From: a virus
Direction: 5' to 3' (one strand)
Virus record (IMG/VR): IMGVR_UViG_3300006192_000008
Span: 23,456-87,455 of that record
DNA length: 64,000 bases
The notes below the pieces were generated by a model that saw only the letters and a list, made by a program, of their open reading frames with translations, ran no database searches and had not been told where the DNA came from. A program made the translations under genes and the position numbers. Shown in pieces: positions 46,738 to 56,499 of the stretch (positions are counted from its first letter, which is position 1; each line of letters opens with the position of its first letter).

Positions 46738-47622
46738 ATGAGTAAATTTCGACCTTTACTTGCTGTAGCATGTGAGGATGTAACAAAACTGAATTACCCA
46801 ATGCTTCTGTCAGAGAAATTGGATGGCATTCGGATGTCTGTGCATAACGGTGTATGTATGTCACGTAGCATGAAGCCAATTCCCTCTGCTGCTGTTCAAG
46901 CCAAGTTCGGCCGTCCAGAATACGAAGGCTATGATGGTGAAATTATCTACGGAGATAAGAATGCCAAGGACGTGTTCAATAAGAGTACACGAGCTTGTAT
47001 GAGTCATGAGTTTCCAGAGGAACTAGATATTACTAAGCTGCATTTCTATGTGTTTGACGTAATTGGTAATGAACCTTACGCTGTTCGCTATGGTCTTATG
47101 AACCCTGATACAAAGAATAATGTACACCGACTTTGGACTACTTATGTAAACTCTCCAGAAGAAGTGCAGAAGTTTGAAGCTGAGTTCCTTGAAGCTGGTG
47201 CCGAAGGATTGATGTTACGTGACCCTACAGGCCGGTACAAGCAAGGACGTTCTACGCTCAAAGAAGGTATTCTTCTCAAAGTCAAACAGTTTGTTGATGA
47301 GGAAGCAACTATCATTGACTTCGAAGAGAAGATGCACAACGCTAATGAAGCTACTGTCGGTGAACTGGGGCAAACTAAACGTAGTAGCCACCAAGAGAAT
47401 ATGATTCCTTGTAATACTCTTGGAGCATTAGTTGTACACTCTGAGAAATGGGGAACATTCAAGATTGGTACTGGCTTTAATGATGAACAACGTCAAGAGA
47501 TTTGGGATAACAAGGATAATTATGATGGTCAACTTGTAAAGTTTAAATACTTCGCTGTTGGGATTGTAGACAAGCCACGTTTCCCTGTGTACATCGGCAT
47601 TCGACATGAGGATGATATGTAA
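46738..47622 (+). CDS. ATP-dependent DNA ligase
   Basis: EKLDGIR, DGEI, FDV, EGLMLR, LLKVK, PRFP motifs. Confidence 0.93.
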   Translation: MSKFRPLLAVACEDVTKLNYPMLLSEKLDGIRMSVHNGVCMSRSMKPIPSAAVQAKFGRPEYEGYDGEIIYGDKNAKDVFNKSTRACMSHEFPEELDITKLHFYVFDVIGNEPYAVRYGLMNPDTKNNVHRLWTTYVNSPEEVQKFEAEFLEAGAEGLMLRDPTGRYKQGRSTLKEGILLKVKQFVDEEATIIDFEEKMHNANEATVGELGQTKRSSHQENMIPCNTLGALVVHSEKWGTFKIGTGFNDEQRQEIWDNKDNYDGQLVKFKYFAVGIVDKPRFPVYIGIRHEDDM

Positions 47623-48011
47623 TGGAAGAAGAATTTGAAATCGTGGACACATCGAAAGTCCAACTAGCCAGCCTAAAGAACTATATGTCAACCCTTGGTT
47701 ATCAATACTACGCAATTGATAAAGTATTCATCTCAGACTTGTGGATCAATCGTAGTCGTGTGAATATTGGATTTGGTACTGCCGTACTTACCCATAACGG
47801 CATGTTCACTGAGACTCATGGTCGTGGTTTTGAGCCAGATACAGTGTTTGGGGATATTCCCTATGCTGTATGGCAAGAGGCTCAAGCTGACAAGATCGTC
47901 CACACAGCCTACCTTCAGAAATCCTACAAGCGAGGTATTCTCTGCACAAAGCATCTTGTGAAATTTGTACGTCCAGAGGAATCGGAGTTGTTGTTGAAGA
48001 AAAAGAAATGA
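47622..48011 (+). CDS. hypothetical protein
   Basis: TAATG overlap with ligase. Confidence 0.7.
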   Translation: MEEEFEIVDTSKVQLASLKNYMSTLGYQYYAIDKVFISDLWINRSRVNIGFGTAVLTHNGMFTETHGRGFEPDTVFGDIPYAVWQEAQADKIVHTAYLQKSYKRGILCTKHLVKFVRPEESELLLKKKK

Positions 48012-48087
48012 AAATATTTTGCCCCGGAGCTTGCACAGTCTGGGGTTTTCTTGTATCTTAGGTTCATCAAAACAAACAGGAGGATTT

Positions 48088-48456
48088 ATGAAAGACAAGA
48101 AGCTACGTTCAATGATTCTAGATTGCGTTCTGTACTACAAGAAACTTCATGGTTGCTGGTATGAGCGTCCATATACTTGTGAAACTATTCTACGAACTGA
48201 TATAGGTTGTGAGAGCCTTAATGTGCAGTCTTGTCTAGACCTGTGTAAGAAATTGAAGAAAAATCCTAAGCAAGTCTATATCTATCCTCACATCTGTGAG
48301 GATCATGATGGATATCCTGAGCACCACATAGAACTTTACACTAATCGTAAATCCAGTGATGTTGAGTGGTTTGAAGAGATTTCTCAAGCTATCAGTCCTC
48401 AATGGGAGAAACAACGCTACGACCAGTACTTGCAACTGAAGGCAGAATTTGAATGA
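48088..48456 (+). CDS. hypothetical protein
   Basis: Start refined after AGGAGG. Confidence 0.7.
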   Translation: MKDKKLRSMILDCVLYYKKLHGCWYERPYTCETILRTDIGCESLNVQSCLDLCKKLKKNPKQVYIYPHICEDHDGYPEHHIELYTNRKSSDVEWFEEISQAISPQWEKQRYDQYLQLKAEFE

Positions 48457-48677
48457 GTACACTAGAGTACTTTTATAGCTGTATAGCTCTGGCAGGTATT
48501 GCTTTTATCTTCACTCTGTGGCAACCTACACAATATCCACCACTACTAGCAGCTCCCTACACAGACATGCTTTGTCCAGATATAGCTATTAAACATAGTG
48601 TAGGGAGTGACTTAAAGACGAGTGTGCAGATGGTTGATAAATGTGCAAGCTACGTCAATGTTTTTAAATTTAATTAG
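48453..48677 (+). CDS. small membrane/secreted protein
   Basis: N-terminal hydrophobic segment. Confidence 0.6.
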   Translation: MSTLEYFYSCIALAGIAFIFTLWQPTQYPPLLAAPYTDMLCPDIAIKHSVGSDLKTSVQMVDKCASYVNVFKFN

Positions 48678-48686
48678 GAGGAAGAC

Positions 48687-49214
48687 ATGCAACTATCTGA
48701 GAAAGCTTACTTGTTTGCACTTGTTGCTCACGCTGCTGTTGGTCAGAAGAGAAAGTACACAGGAGAAGATTATATTCACCACCCTTGTGAAGTCGCTAGT
48801 ATCATCCGTATGTTGAATTTCAGTGATGAAATGATTGCAGCTGCATATCTACATGATGTTGTTGAAGATACACAAATACCACTATCGCTTATTGAATCAG
48901 AGTTTGGTAAATGTATCGCCACTCTCGTAGAAGGTCTTACTGACGTATCTAAACCAGAGGACGGCAATCGTGCTATCCGTAAAGAGATTGATCGTCAGCA
49001 CACAGCAAAACAATCTGCCGCTTGTAAGACAATCAAACTTGCAGATTTGATCAGTAACAGCAAAAGCATCTTGCAACATGATAGAGATTTTGCTAAAGTA
49101 TATTTGAAAGAGAAGAAGCTTCTGCTTGAGGTGCTCAAAGAAGGCGATGAAGTGCTCTGGGAAGAAGCTAGTAGAATTGTAGAACAAGGGTTAAAGGAGA
49201 TTGATAATGACTGA
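48687..49214 (+). CDS. HD-domain hydrolase, RelA/SpoT hydrolase-like (small alarmone hydrolase/Mesh1-like)
   Basis: AH..Q.RK.TG..YI.HP, AA.LHDVVEDT, V..LT, IKLAD..SN. Confidence 0.85.
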   Translation: MQLSEKAYLFALVAHAAVGQKRKYTGEDYIHHPCEVASIIRMLNFSDEMIAAAYLHDVVEDTQIPLSLIESEFGKCIATLVEGLTDVSKPEDGNRAIRKEIDRQHTAKQSAACKTIKLADLISNSKSILQHDRDFAKVYLKEKKLLLEVLKEGDEVLWEEASRIVEQGLKEIDND

Positions 49215-49419
49215 AGCAATTGAACAAGAAACCAAAACACTAGAGCCAACCTTGGATGATATTTTCTCTGAGCAGAACAAAAGAAAGCTGTTCAAGAATA
49301 AATCAGCTATGCTAGACTACCTCTCAATGGTGAGTGTTGCAGCAGGGCAGTTTCGCCAAGGATACGGTAAAGATGGTCAGCTTGTTTGGGAATTAGTTTA
49401 TATTTCGGAGGATAATTAG
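49207..49419 (+). CDS. hypothetical protein
   Basis: AAGGAG RBS. Confidence 0.6.
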   Translation: MTEAIEQETKTLEPTLDDIFSEQNKRKLFKNKSAMLDYLSMVSVAAGQFRQGYGKDGQLVWELVYISEDN

Positions 49420-49764
49420 ATGAGCAAAGACGGATATAACATAAACGAACCGCCTACAGGGAACATTTTACCTAAAGTTCCACCAAAGGCTCCTCCGACT
49501 ACAGAATACGTTGGAGGACGTGTGTGTAAAGGAGATGTTAGGCTTGGTAGTGGGTGCGGAGCTTGTTCACGCTGTTTTGAACAGATGAAGGAGTTGGCAC
49601 TTCTCCCTTCTGAGCGCAGAGAGCTGCATGAGCGCATCAAAGAAGCTAATCAACGCTTCGACCTTGCATACAGTCAAGCTTGCTTTAAGTTTACTAGGAT
49701 TATTAACGAAAGTAATTTGACTGTAGAACAGAAGCAGGATATTTTATGGCAACTTTGGAAATAG
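49420..49764 (+). CDS. hypothetical protein (CGACSRC)
   Basis: GGAGG RBS. Confidence 0.7.
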   Translation: MSKDGYNINEPPTGNILPKVPPKAPPTTEYVGGRVCKGDVRLGSGCGACSRCFEQMKELALLPSERRELHERIKEANQRFDLAYSQACFKFTRIINESNLTVEQKQDILWQLWK

Positions 49765-49773
49765 GAGATTGTT

Positions 49774-50079
49774 ATGAAACAGCGTAAGACACGTATACAG
49801 AAGATCACTAAGGCAAATGGTACTGAAGTATTTAGTCCACAAATTAGTGTGCTATTTGGGCTAGATTGGTGCGCATTTACGGACTATCCAGATAACCCAT
49901 TACCAATGTCATTTAAGCGGATACTGATTGATAAACACAATCTTACTTACAAAGGTTTGTGTAAATCACTTGAAGAAGCTAAAAAGGTGATTGATGAGTA
50001 CACAGCCTATGTGAATCACCAGAATGCTTCTCAGATTGAGAATAAAGTGACTAAGACAGAGTATATAGACTACCCATAG
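49774..50079 (+). CDS. hypothetical protein
   Basis: AGGAG RBS. Confidence 0.7.
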   Translation: MKQRKTRIQKITKANGTEVFSPQISVLFGLDWCAFTDYPDNPLPMSFKRILIDKHNLTYKGLCKSLEEAKKVIDEYTAYVNHQNASQIENKVTKTEYIDYP

Positions 50080-50093
50080 CGTAGGAGCATCCC

Positions 50094-50351
50094 ATGAAAA
50101 TCTTCTTCCTAGCTGCATTGCTTCTGATTTCTGCTTGCACACATAAGCAGAATGTGGTTTACTCTAGTCATTGGCAACAATCTTGGCAGAATGCTGTGAT
50201 AGATCAGTGTAAGAGTGAAAGTTTGCTCATTACATTCGCTATCATTGACGCAAAGCTATCTGCTGGCTATGATGTTACACAGGAGGATGTTATACAGCTA
50301 CAGAGGATGCTTATGGAAAGTTGTTTAGTTCATTTTAATGTTGTGATTTAG
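50094..50351 (+). CDS. putative lipoprotein
   Basis: MKIFFLAALLLISAC lipobox. Confidence 0.65.
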   Translation: MKIFFLAALLLISACTHKQNVVYSSHWQQSWQNAVIDQCKSESLLITFAIIDAKLSAGYDVTQEDVIQLQRMLMESCLVHFNVVI

Positions 50352-50359
50352 GAGGACGT

Positions 50360-50620
50360 ATGAATTGGAAGTTTTGGAAACGGGATAGTATTGATATAAA
50401 GGATTTAGTTCCTGAAGGTGATTACACCGTAGGTGATATCATTGAAACTATGACAGACGCACAATTGGCAGTTTGCTTCTATGTAGCTGATAGGGATTAC
50501 CGAGAGATACTGGAGGTTGTGATCAAAAGTAGACTTCGGAAGCGTAACAGACAAACTCTTAATAAGCTTACAGAGCTTAGTCAAGAATTAGGACTTTATG
50601 ATGAGGAGAAGACAGAATGA
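50360..50620 (+). CDS. hypothetical protein
   Basis: AGGAGG RBS. Confidence 0.7.
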   Translation: MNWKFWKRDSIDIKDLVPEGDYTVGDIIETMTDAQLAVCFYVADRDYREILEVVIKSRLRKRNRQTLNKLTELSQELGLYDEEKTE

Positions 50621-50976
50621 AAGGCAACCCAAGAGACATGACTCAATACCGTGAGCAAGCTAAAGTCTCACGTCTAGCTAAACAAGAAGCATCTAAGAAT
50701 CTCAAACAAGACTTCAACTCTGCTGATGTAAACACATGGAAGGAGCTTGCTTCTAAATATGGTGTACGTCTTCCAAGCTATGTACACCCAAATACGGAGA
50801 CTAAATATCTGCGTAGACTGTTCAAGAAAGCAGAGATGGATATTAAAGACTATCTGAACGCCTGTGGTGTCTCTGGTTTGAAGAAATTAGCAGCTCTGAA
50901 CCCTGATTACCCCGCCTACGCTGAGTATGGGCTAGCCCTTGAGTATATTGATGAGCAGAAAGCTATTGTTTGTTAG
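50617..50976 (+). CDS. hypothetical protein
   Basis: ATGA overlap. Confidence 0.7.
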   Translation: MKGNPRDMTQYREQAKVSRLAKQEASKNLKQDFNSADVNTWKELASKYGVRLPSYVHPNTETKYLRRLFKKAEMDIKDYLNACGVSGLKKLAALNPDYPAYAEYGLALEYIDEQKAIVC

Positions 50977-51085
50977 TAAAACGTAGGGTAGAATCAACAA
51001 ACACATAATAAGCTAGGCTACCCTACGGCTTAGCTTGTTTCTATTCAAAACAGTATTAAATTTCTAAGGAAATAGGAGTTATTAG

Positions 51086-51763
51086 ATGGAACACATTAAA
51101 ACACTGGATATGCGACAACACAAAGGACGTGTGTATTTCACCACCGACTTACACGGTCACTATGACCTTCTGCATGAGAAGCTGAAGGAAGTGGTCTTTG
51201 ATAGCTCTGTGGATATTCTAATCATTGGTGGTGATATGTGTGATCGTGGGCCGGACAGTGCTCATGTTCTAGACTATCTAAATGAGCCTTGGATTCATTG
51301 CATCCGTGGTAATCATGAAGAACTTCTGATTGGTGCTGTAGAAGAAAACTTTGAAGGGTGGGCTACTAACTGCCTGCTTGGTAATGGTGGTGTATGGGTG
51401 GGTAGTATTTCAGAAGAACTGATAAAAGCCATCTACGAATCATTTAAATCACTCCCTCTTGCAATTGAGCTGTTGACTCCAACAGAAAAGATTGGTATTA
51501 TCCACGCACAATGTCCGTACAACAATTGGGATGAGTTTAAGAAGATGACTGGAGCAGAGCTAGATTTCAATGGAGCTGCTACAGCACAGTGGGCAAGAAC
51601 TAATTATGACAAGCAAGCTGATATTCAAGTGAAGGGTGTTGATCGTCTTATGGTTGGTCATAGTCCTACGAGAAGTGGTGAGGTTGAAGTGTACGGAAAT
51701 ACTTGGTATTGTGACCTTGGCAGCTTCTTTCGAGATAAGATTAGCTTTGTTCAGTTGATGTAG
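51086..51763 (+). CDS. serine/threonine protein phosphatase (NinI-like metallophosphoesterase)
   Basis: DLHG, GDMCDRG, RGNHE, VGHSP motifs. Confidence 0.9.
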   Translation: MEHIKTLDMRQHKGRVYFTTDLHGHYDLLHEKLKEVVFDSSVDILIIGGDMCDRGPDSAHVLDYLNEPWIHCIRGNHEELLIGAVEENFEGWATNCLLGNGGVWVGSISEELIKAIYESFKSLPLAIELLTPTEKIGIIHAQCPYNNWDEFKKMTGAELDFNGAATAQWARTNYDKQADIQVKGVDRLMVGHSPTRSGEVEVYGNTWYCDLGSFFRDKISFVQLM

Positions 51764-51772
51764 GAGGTTTTA

Positions 51773-51982
51773 ATGACGCTGGGTTTACAGGACACACTGC
51801 AATTACGAGATTTAAAACTACAAACAACACGAGACTACGCCCTGTCTGTAATTGATACAAACAGAGAGTGCTTTATGGCTCAGTGGGTATTGCAGAATCA
51901 AGATAAGAAGATTGATGATTATACAATGTGCTACCAGTATTGCGGTGATGTGATTAAGTTCTGGATGGAGGAAAAGAAGTGA
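51773..51982 (+). CDS. hypothetical protein
   Basis: AGGAGGT RBS. Confidence 0.65.
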   Translation: MTLGLQDTLQLRDLKLQTTRDYALSVIDTNRECFMAQWVLQNQDKKIDDYTMCYQYCGDVIKFWMEEKK

Positions 51983-52273
51983 CTTTACTAAAAGATTGGA
52001 AGTTTTGTCTTGTGGGAGCTTTGTTATTTCTGTTATTTACAATATTCAACGGAAGCTTTATAGCTCTGATCTACGCTGGTATGTTTTACTACTTAGCTCT
52101 TGTGCAAATGGAGGAGAGTGAATGAGTAACGTAGTTCCTCTAAAGAAGCCTAAAGTGTCAAAGGTTTATATCCAAATGCAGGTTGAGGCTCTTGAAGATG
52201 GCAGTCTATGGTACAGGTGGTGTGATCCTAAGACTGGTGAATATGTGGAATGGAGAAGGTGGGAGGAGATTAA

Positions 52274-52522
52274 GTGATGCAAAAGAATCCTGTACGTTAC
52301 TATTACAAGTGTCCAATTACTCTGGTGGAAATGAACTTCACCAATGAGAGTGGCTTTGGTTGGGGAGTGAGTTTCCCAAAAGGAATCAAGGAATACCAGA
52401 AGCTCTTGGAAGCAGATATTAAAGTCCCCTGGCCTGTGTTGTCTACTGAACAACAACTTGTTGTAGATGAGAATTATAAGAAGCTGCATAAAATGATGGA
52501 GGAAGGTGATGAACAGTCATAA
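52274..52522 (+). CDS. hypothetical protein
   Basis: GGAGG RBS. Confidence 0.65.
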   Translation: MMQKNPVRYYYKCPITLVEMNFTNESGFGWGVSFPKGIKEYQKLLEADIKVPWPVLSTEQQLVVDENYKKLHKMMEEGDEQS

Positions 52523-52715
52523 ATTAAAACCAAAGAAGAAGTGTGGTAGTGGTTATGAGTATGATGAAGAGGGTTGGGTTATATATCGTAAGAACGTCTA
52601 TGACTGCATGTTTTATAATGACAAGAAGTGGACATTCAATGGTCAGAATTGCTTCTTCAATGGCAGCTTGATACACTACTCTGACTTCATGAAGGCTAAG
52701 AGGGGTAGCCTGTGA
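52506..52715 (+). CDS. hypothetical protein
   Basis: GGAGG RBS. Confidence 0.6.
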   Translation: MMNSHKLKPKKKCGSGYEYDEEGWVIYRKNVYDCMFYNDKKWTFNGQNCFFNGSLIHYSDFMKAKRGSL

Positions 52716-52897
52716 ATAAACTATACGTCCTAATCTGTGAAAACTGGACAGGTACAAGTTACGACAAGGAGCTGATAGAAATCTACAAAGACGAAGAGCT
52801 TGCACAACGTACAGCTTTAGCTAGCCAAGGGAATACTCCTGTGTGGGACGTTAGGTATTATGTTGAAGCTGTTGATTATAATGATTTGGAGGTGTGA
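52712..52897 (+). CDS. hypothetical protein
   Basis: GTGA overlap. Confidence 0.6.
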   Translation: MNKLYVLICENWTGTSYDKELIEIYKDEELAQRTALASQGNTPVWDVRYYVEAVDYNDLEV

Positions 52898-53160
52898 TGA
52901 GTATTTGGACTAAAATTAAACTATATGCTGAGAAGAAAGAACAAGAAGATTGGATCAGAAAACACCATTGTGATCAGAAGTGCCCTAAATGCAATACGTG
53001 GCAAGGTAATTGTAATGGTTGGTCTGAAGTAATTAGAAATGACCCTACACCAATGAATGATAAAACCAAATGTGGTAAGTGCGACCAATGGACTACATGG
53101 TTTGACTTTGGTATGGGATTTGCTGTGGCTGATGATATTACAGGAGAACCGTTGAAATGA
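52894..53160 (+). CDS. zinc-ribbon hypothetical protein
   Basis: CPKC...CGKC. Confidence 0.65.
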   Translation: MMSIWTKIKLYAEKKEQEDWIRKHHCDQKCPKCNTWQGNCNGWSEVIRNDPTPMNDKTKCGKCDQWTTWFDFGMGFAVADDITGEPLK

Positions 53161-53442
53161 ATAGAAATAAGCAAAGAGGTTACATGGGAATTGGTAGAGG
53201 TTGGACAGGCTTTCTAATCACACTGATGCTGATTAGTGCTGTAATCGGTTGGGGAGTTATTGAGGGAATTATCTGGGTGTTCTCACACATCACTATTGGG
53301 TTGGTGTGAGAATGACTGAACTACAAAAGCGCATAAAGTATTTCCAATCCTTAGCTGATAACCTACCTAATGATCTGGAGGATAGGGGCATGTTGTATCA
53401 GAAATATATGGAACACATTGAGAAGATTAGGAAGGAGAGAGG

Positions 53443-53742
53443 ATGAGTTATTTAGAAGAGATTGTCAGACAGCACAATAATGCAAAGGAAGGGTTTGGTG
53501 ATCACTACGAGTTTGGTGTAAAACAAAGAGATGTACTGCACCTAGCAAAAGTAGACTTGCAAGCTACGAAAGCAAAAAGAGTTAAGATTGAATACCATAT
53601 AAAGAAAACGAAAAGAGAAATTGATAAACTTTATCAACATCTAGTTGAGTTGGAAGATAAGCTAGAAGATTTGACTAAAACAGAGGATGAACAGTACAAC
53701 TTCCTACAAGTAGCGCTGTCTGTTAAAGAGTCTGACGTATGA
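53443..53742 (+). CDS. coiled-coil hypothetical protein
   Basis: AGGAG RBS. Confidence 0.65.
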   Translation: MSYLEEIVRQHNNAKEGFGDHYEFGVKQRDVLHLAKVDLQATKAKRVKIEYHIKKTKREIDKLYQHLVELEDKLEDLTKTEDEQYNFLQVALSVKESDV

Positions 53743-54302
53743 CAACCCCTGATTTAAAAGAACAAGCTGTAAACCTTAGACAACAAGGACTAACATATCC
53801 ACAAATATCTGAGCACCTCAATGGTGCTCTTTCTGTTGACTGGTTAAAGAGAAACCTCAAGGGTGTAGCTAAAGGGGAAGCTGAGGATAAGTGCCTTAAT
53901 GCCCTAATTGTATTAGCAACAAGACCAGAAGGAGTGAGTGTGTATGAAGCGAATGGTGTAATCATGAATCACAACAAAGACAAGAAGCTCTCTAAAGACC
54001 AACTACGCTATATACGAAACAAAGCTAAAGCCAAGGATGCTCATAGCTTATTCAGACCAGACTGGGTGAGTACAACAGCTCCTAGTGATTCTTTTCAATC
54101 TTTCTGTGCCTATGTCCTGCACATGCAAGATGAGATAGACAACCTTGTTCGTTGGTATTGTGATAGCTATCCTGATACATCTGCATCATCCGTTAAGTAC
54201 GAACTACTTGAATACCTAAAGCTAGAGAGTAAGGTGCATGGTAGGCTAGATAAAGCTGAGAAGATGGTAGAGGCCCTAGAACAGCGGCTTACACCTGTAT
54301 AA
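53739..54302 (+). CDS. HTH DNA-binding protein
   Basis: AVNLRQQGLTYPQISEHL N-terminal HTH. Confidence 0.7.
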   Translation: MTTPDLKEQAVNLRQQGLTYPQISEHLNGALSVDWLKRNLKGVAKGEAEDKCLNALIVLATRPEGVSVYEANGVIMNHNKDKKLSKDQLRYIRNKAKAKDAHSLFRPDWVSTTAPSDSFQSFCAYVLHMQDEIDNLVRWYCDSYPDTSASSVKYELLEYLKLESKVHGRLDKAEKMVEALEQRLTPV

Positions 54303-54308
54303 CTCCCT

Positions 54309-54400
54309 GTGCACTGCACCTCTATTTCGCCTTAAAAGCAGGTGCACCCTCCTGCACTTTCTTTACCCTAATATATTATTAAAGGTGCAGAAGTGCAAAG
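54309..54400. repeat. convergent TGCAC/GTGCA repeats around an AT-rich core
   Basis: Four TGCAC copies left, GTGCA twice right of TAATATATTATTAAA. Confidence 0.55.
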
Positions 54401-54806
54401 TGACCTGAATGGGTTAGTCTAAAACATCCTTCCACTATTTTTGGAGAACATGCTTTCATAGGTGTTCTCCTTTTCTTGTACCTGTAAATATCCTATGGAT
54501 GCTACTGGTTTCCTAAGAAATTACCAGATCGGTATCTGAGCTATCAAGCAGAGCATAGCCGCCACCCTCTAGCCACTTCCACAATCCAGAAATATCGTCA
54601 CTAGCATGTCTGGCAAGCTCACTGGGCGATGATCTATAGGTCACCCATAGCAGGGTGCAGGGTAGTGACCAGACGATGCAACCAAAGGCCTGTTAGGCAT
54701 GCCAGTGGGCAATGATAGGTAGTCGAGGTGTATTGATAGGGGGTATTTGAAGGGGAAGTGTAGGGAATGCCAGTGGGAGGTGTAGTGGTTGAAAGAGGGA
54801 AGTGAA

Positions 54807-55003
54807 TAGGCTTAACCATTAACATAGCCTCGCCTTGTATTACAGGACACATACACTAGTCACTATAAGCTCCAATGAGCGTTGATTAGAGGCTAGTGAT
54901 AGGCTCTTACAGGCTATGCCATAGGCTAGCAAGGGCTTGGCTTATACGCTTGTTTAATAGGCTTATAGGTAGGGATAAAAGAAGAGAATAGGTAGGCTGG
55001 CTT
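54807..55003. repeat. short AGGCT repeats, probable genome-terminus/terminal-repeat region
   Basis: AGGCT at 54808, 54890, 54901, 54911, 54923, 54959, 54994 in a non-coding convergent region. Confidence 0.5.
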
Positions 55004-55112
55004 GTAGTCATATAATTGACGTATAAGCAGAAGGGCAGTGACAATAGAATGACGACAGATAACACTATATGATTCGATATAATGTAAGTTAATAGAATGT
55101 TTTCTGATAGAC

Positions 55113-55143
55113 AAAAGAAAGCCCGCTAATGCGGGCTTGTTTG
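55113..55143. terminator. intrinsic terminator ending early minus-strand cluster
   Basis: AAAAGAAAGCCCGC-TAAT-GCGGGCTTGTTT. Confidence 0.8.
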
Positions 55144-55473
55144 TTGCTTGAAGCGCTACGCTTGAGCGTTCACATACTCCAGCACAGCTTCAGTGGTCAT
55201 AAGACGAAAGCAGACGCTTTGGTCGTACATGCTGCCCACTTCCCATTGATTGCCGTCACTATCGGTAACGGTGACGACTTCATAAGCGCCCATGCTTTCA
55301 TCATATTTACCGTCGATGCGTACCACTTTAACAGCTTCGCCATGCTGATTAAGGAAGGCGTTAAACTCCTTGGCTTGTTGCCAGTCAATGCAATAGTATT
55401 GCGCGCTTACCTTCTCAAGCTTGAAGCCCCTTTCTGGGGCTTTTAACGTGCTTTGTGTGTAGCCTATGGTTTG

Positions 55474-55728
55474 CTATTGCTTAATGCTTAAAAGGGCTTT
55501 TAGGGCCCTTTCTAGGGCTTTGGCGTCATCTGGTACGCTATACATAACCTCGTTAGTGTCTAGCTGGCTAATCATTCCAGTATGTACAGAAAAGAAAAAG
55601 GTTTTAGTCTTTGCAACGCCAGCCGTTTGACATTCTAGCTCAGCCTGCCATTGTTCTGATTTAACAATGTGAATTGCCACCACTGTCCAGATATTACCGG
55701 CATGGTCTGTAAAGCTCGGGTAATTCAT
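55474..55728 (-). CDS. early hypothetical protein
   Basis: AAGGA RBS. Confidence 0.65.
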   Translation of the reverse strand: MNYPSFTDHAGNIWTVVAIHIVKSEQWQAELECQTAGVAKTKTFFFSVHTGMISQLDTNEVMYSVPDDAKALERALKALLSIKQ

Positions 55729-55937
55729 TGTGTTTTATCCTTCTTTAGTGGTTTAGGTAGGCTCTTTTCCTTTTGTGCATCTATCCACTCACTGAATAAC
55801 AATGTGGTTCTAAGGTTAGTGCGGAGATGACCAAGGCTGCACAAGAAGACTAGAGCATCCATGATTGCACAGACTTCGATCATAGCAAGAAGGTAGAACG
55901 GGTCAGAGTAGCTTCTTTTAAATTCTATGAGTTTCAT
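55725..55937 (-). CDS. early hypothetical protein
   Basis: Start refined to MKLIEF (TAATG overlap). Confidence 0.55.
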   Translation of the reverse strand: MKLIEFKRSYSDPFYLLAMIEVCAIMDALVFLCSLGHLRTNLRTTLLFSEWIDAQKEKSLPKPLKKDKTQ

Positions 55938-56137
55938 TAGACTGCCTCGAAAAAGACATAGTGAGAGGGCTTCAATAACCAATCATAGGCTGTACCGTCT
56001 ACAACTACAGTGCCGCATGGCAAGCCTGTTAATCCTTCCTTCTGTACGTCTTGAGCGTCTGGAAAGGCTAAAGCAATAGCAGCGTCTAAGCCTGCCAGCT
56101 TGATGGTTTTGATCTGATCGAATGTTACTTTAAACAT
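55937..56137 (-). CDS. early hypothetical protein
   Basis: GGAGG RBS, own promoter. Confidence 0.65.
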   Translation of the reverse strand: MFKVTFDQIKTIKLAGLDAAIALAFPDAQDVQKEGLTGLPCGTVVVDGTAYDWLLKPSHYVFFEAV

Positions 56138-56172
56138 GGTAGCCTCCGGGCTTGGTTTGCTTCGATGGGTTT

Positions 56173-56208
56173 AGAATAGCAAAGCCCCTGCACGTTGGCA
56201 AGGGCTTT
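56173..56208 (-). promoter_or_regulatory. sigma70 promoter embedded in hairpin
   Basis: TTGCCA-N17-TATTCT inside AAAGCCC...GGGCTTT. Confidence 0.65.
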
Positions 56209-56223
56209 TGAAGAGAATTTGAT

Positions 56224-56499
56224 TTATTTTGCTTCGATCAAATCAATGATATAGGCATTGCCTTTGCCGTCTGGCATTGAGCCACTAGCAACGATTGACC
56301 ACTGGAAGTCACTAAAGTCTTGTTTGCTACGCTCATCATTCAGTAAATCGACCAACTGTTGTGCTGCTGCCTTGTGGTTGGCTTCGCTATTTAGCGAGTA
56401 GTCCCAACCAAAGGCTTTATTCTTAAGCCATGATTTAACCATAATACGGCTGCCTTTGGTGTTGGTTGGGCCTTTGTAGCTGGTGGTGATGGTTTGCAT
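56224..56499 (-). CDS. early hypothetical protein (conserved phage family, T.Y.GPTNTKGSRI)
   Basis: GGAG RBS, own promoter. Confidence 0.75.
   Translation of the reverse strand: MQTITTSYKGPTNTKGSRIMVKSWLKNKAFGWDYSLNSEANHKAAAQQLVDLLNDERSKQDFSDFQWSIVASGSMPDGKGNAYIIDLIEAK

Noticed and set aside
54634-55446. ORF-track calls 54634-54852, 54926-55114, 55129-55446, 55197-55388
   Set aside because: No RBS, low-complexity translation of repeat-rich DNA, or alternative frames of a more protein-like frame
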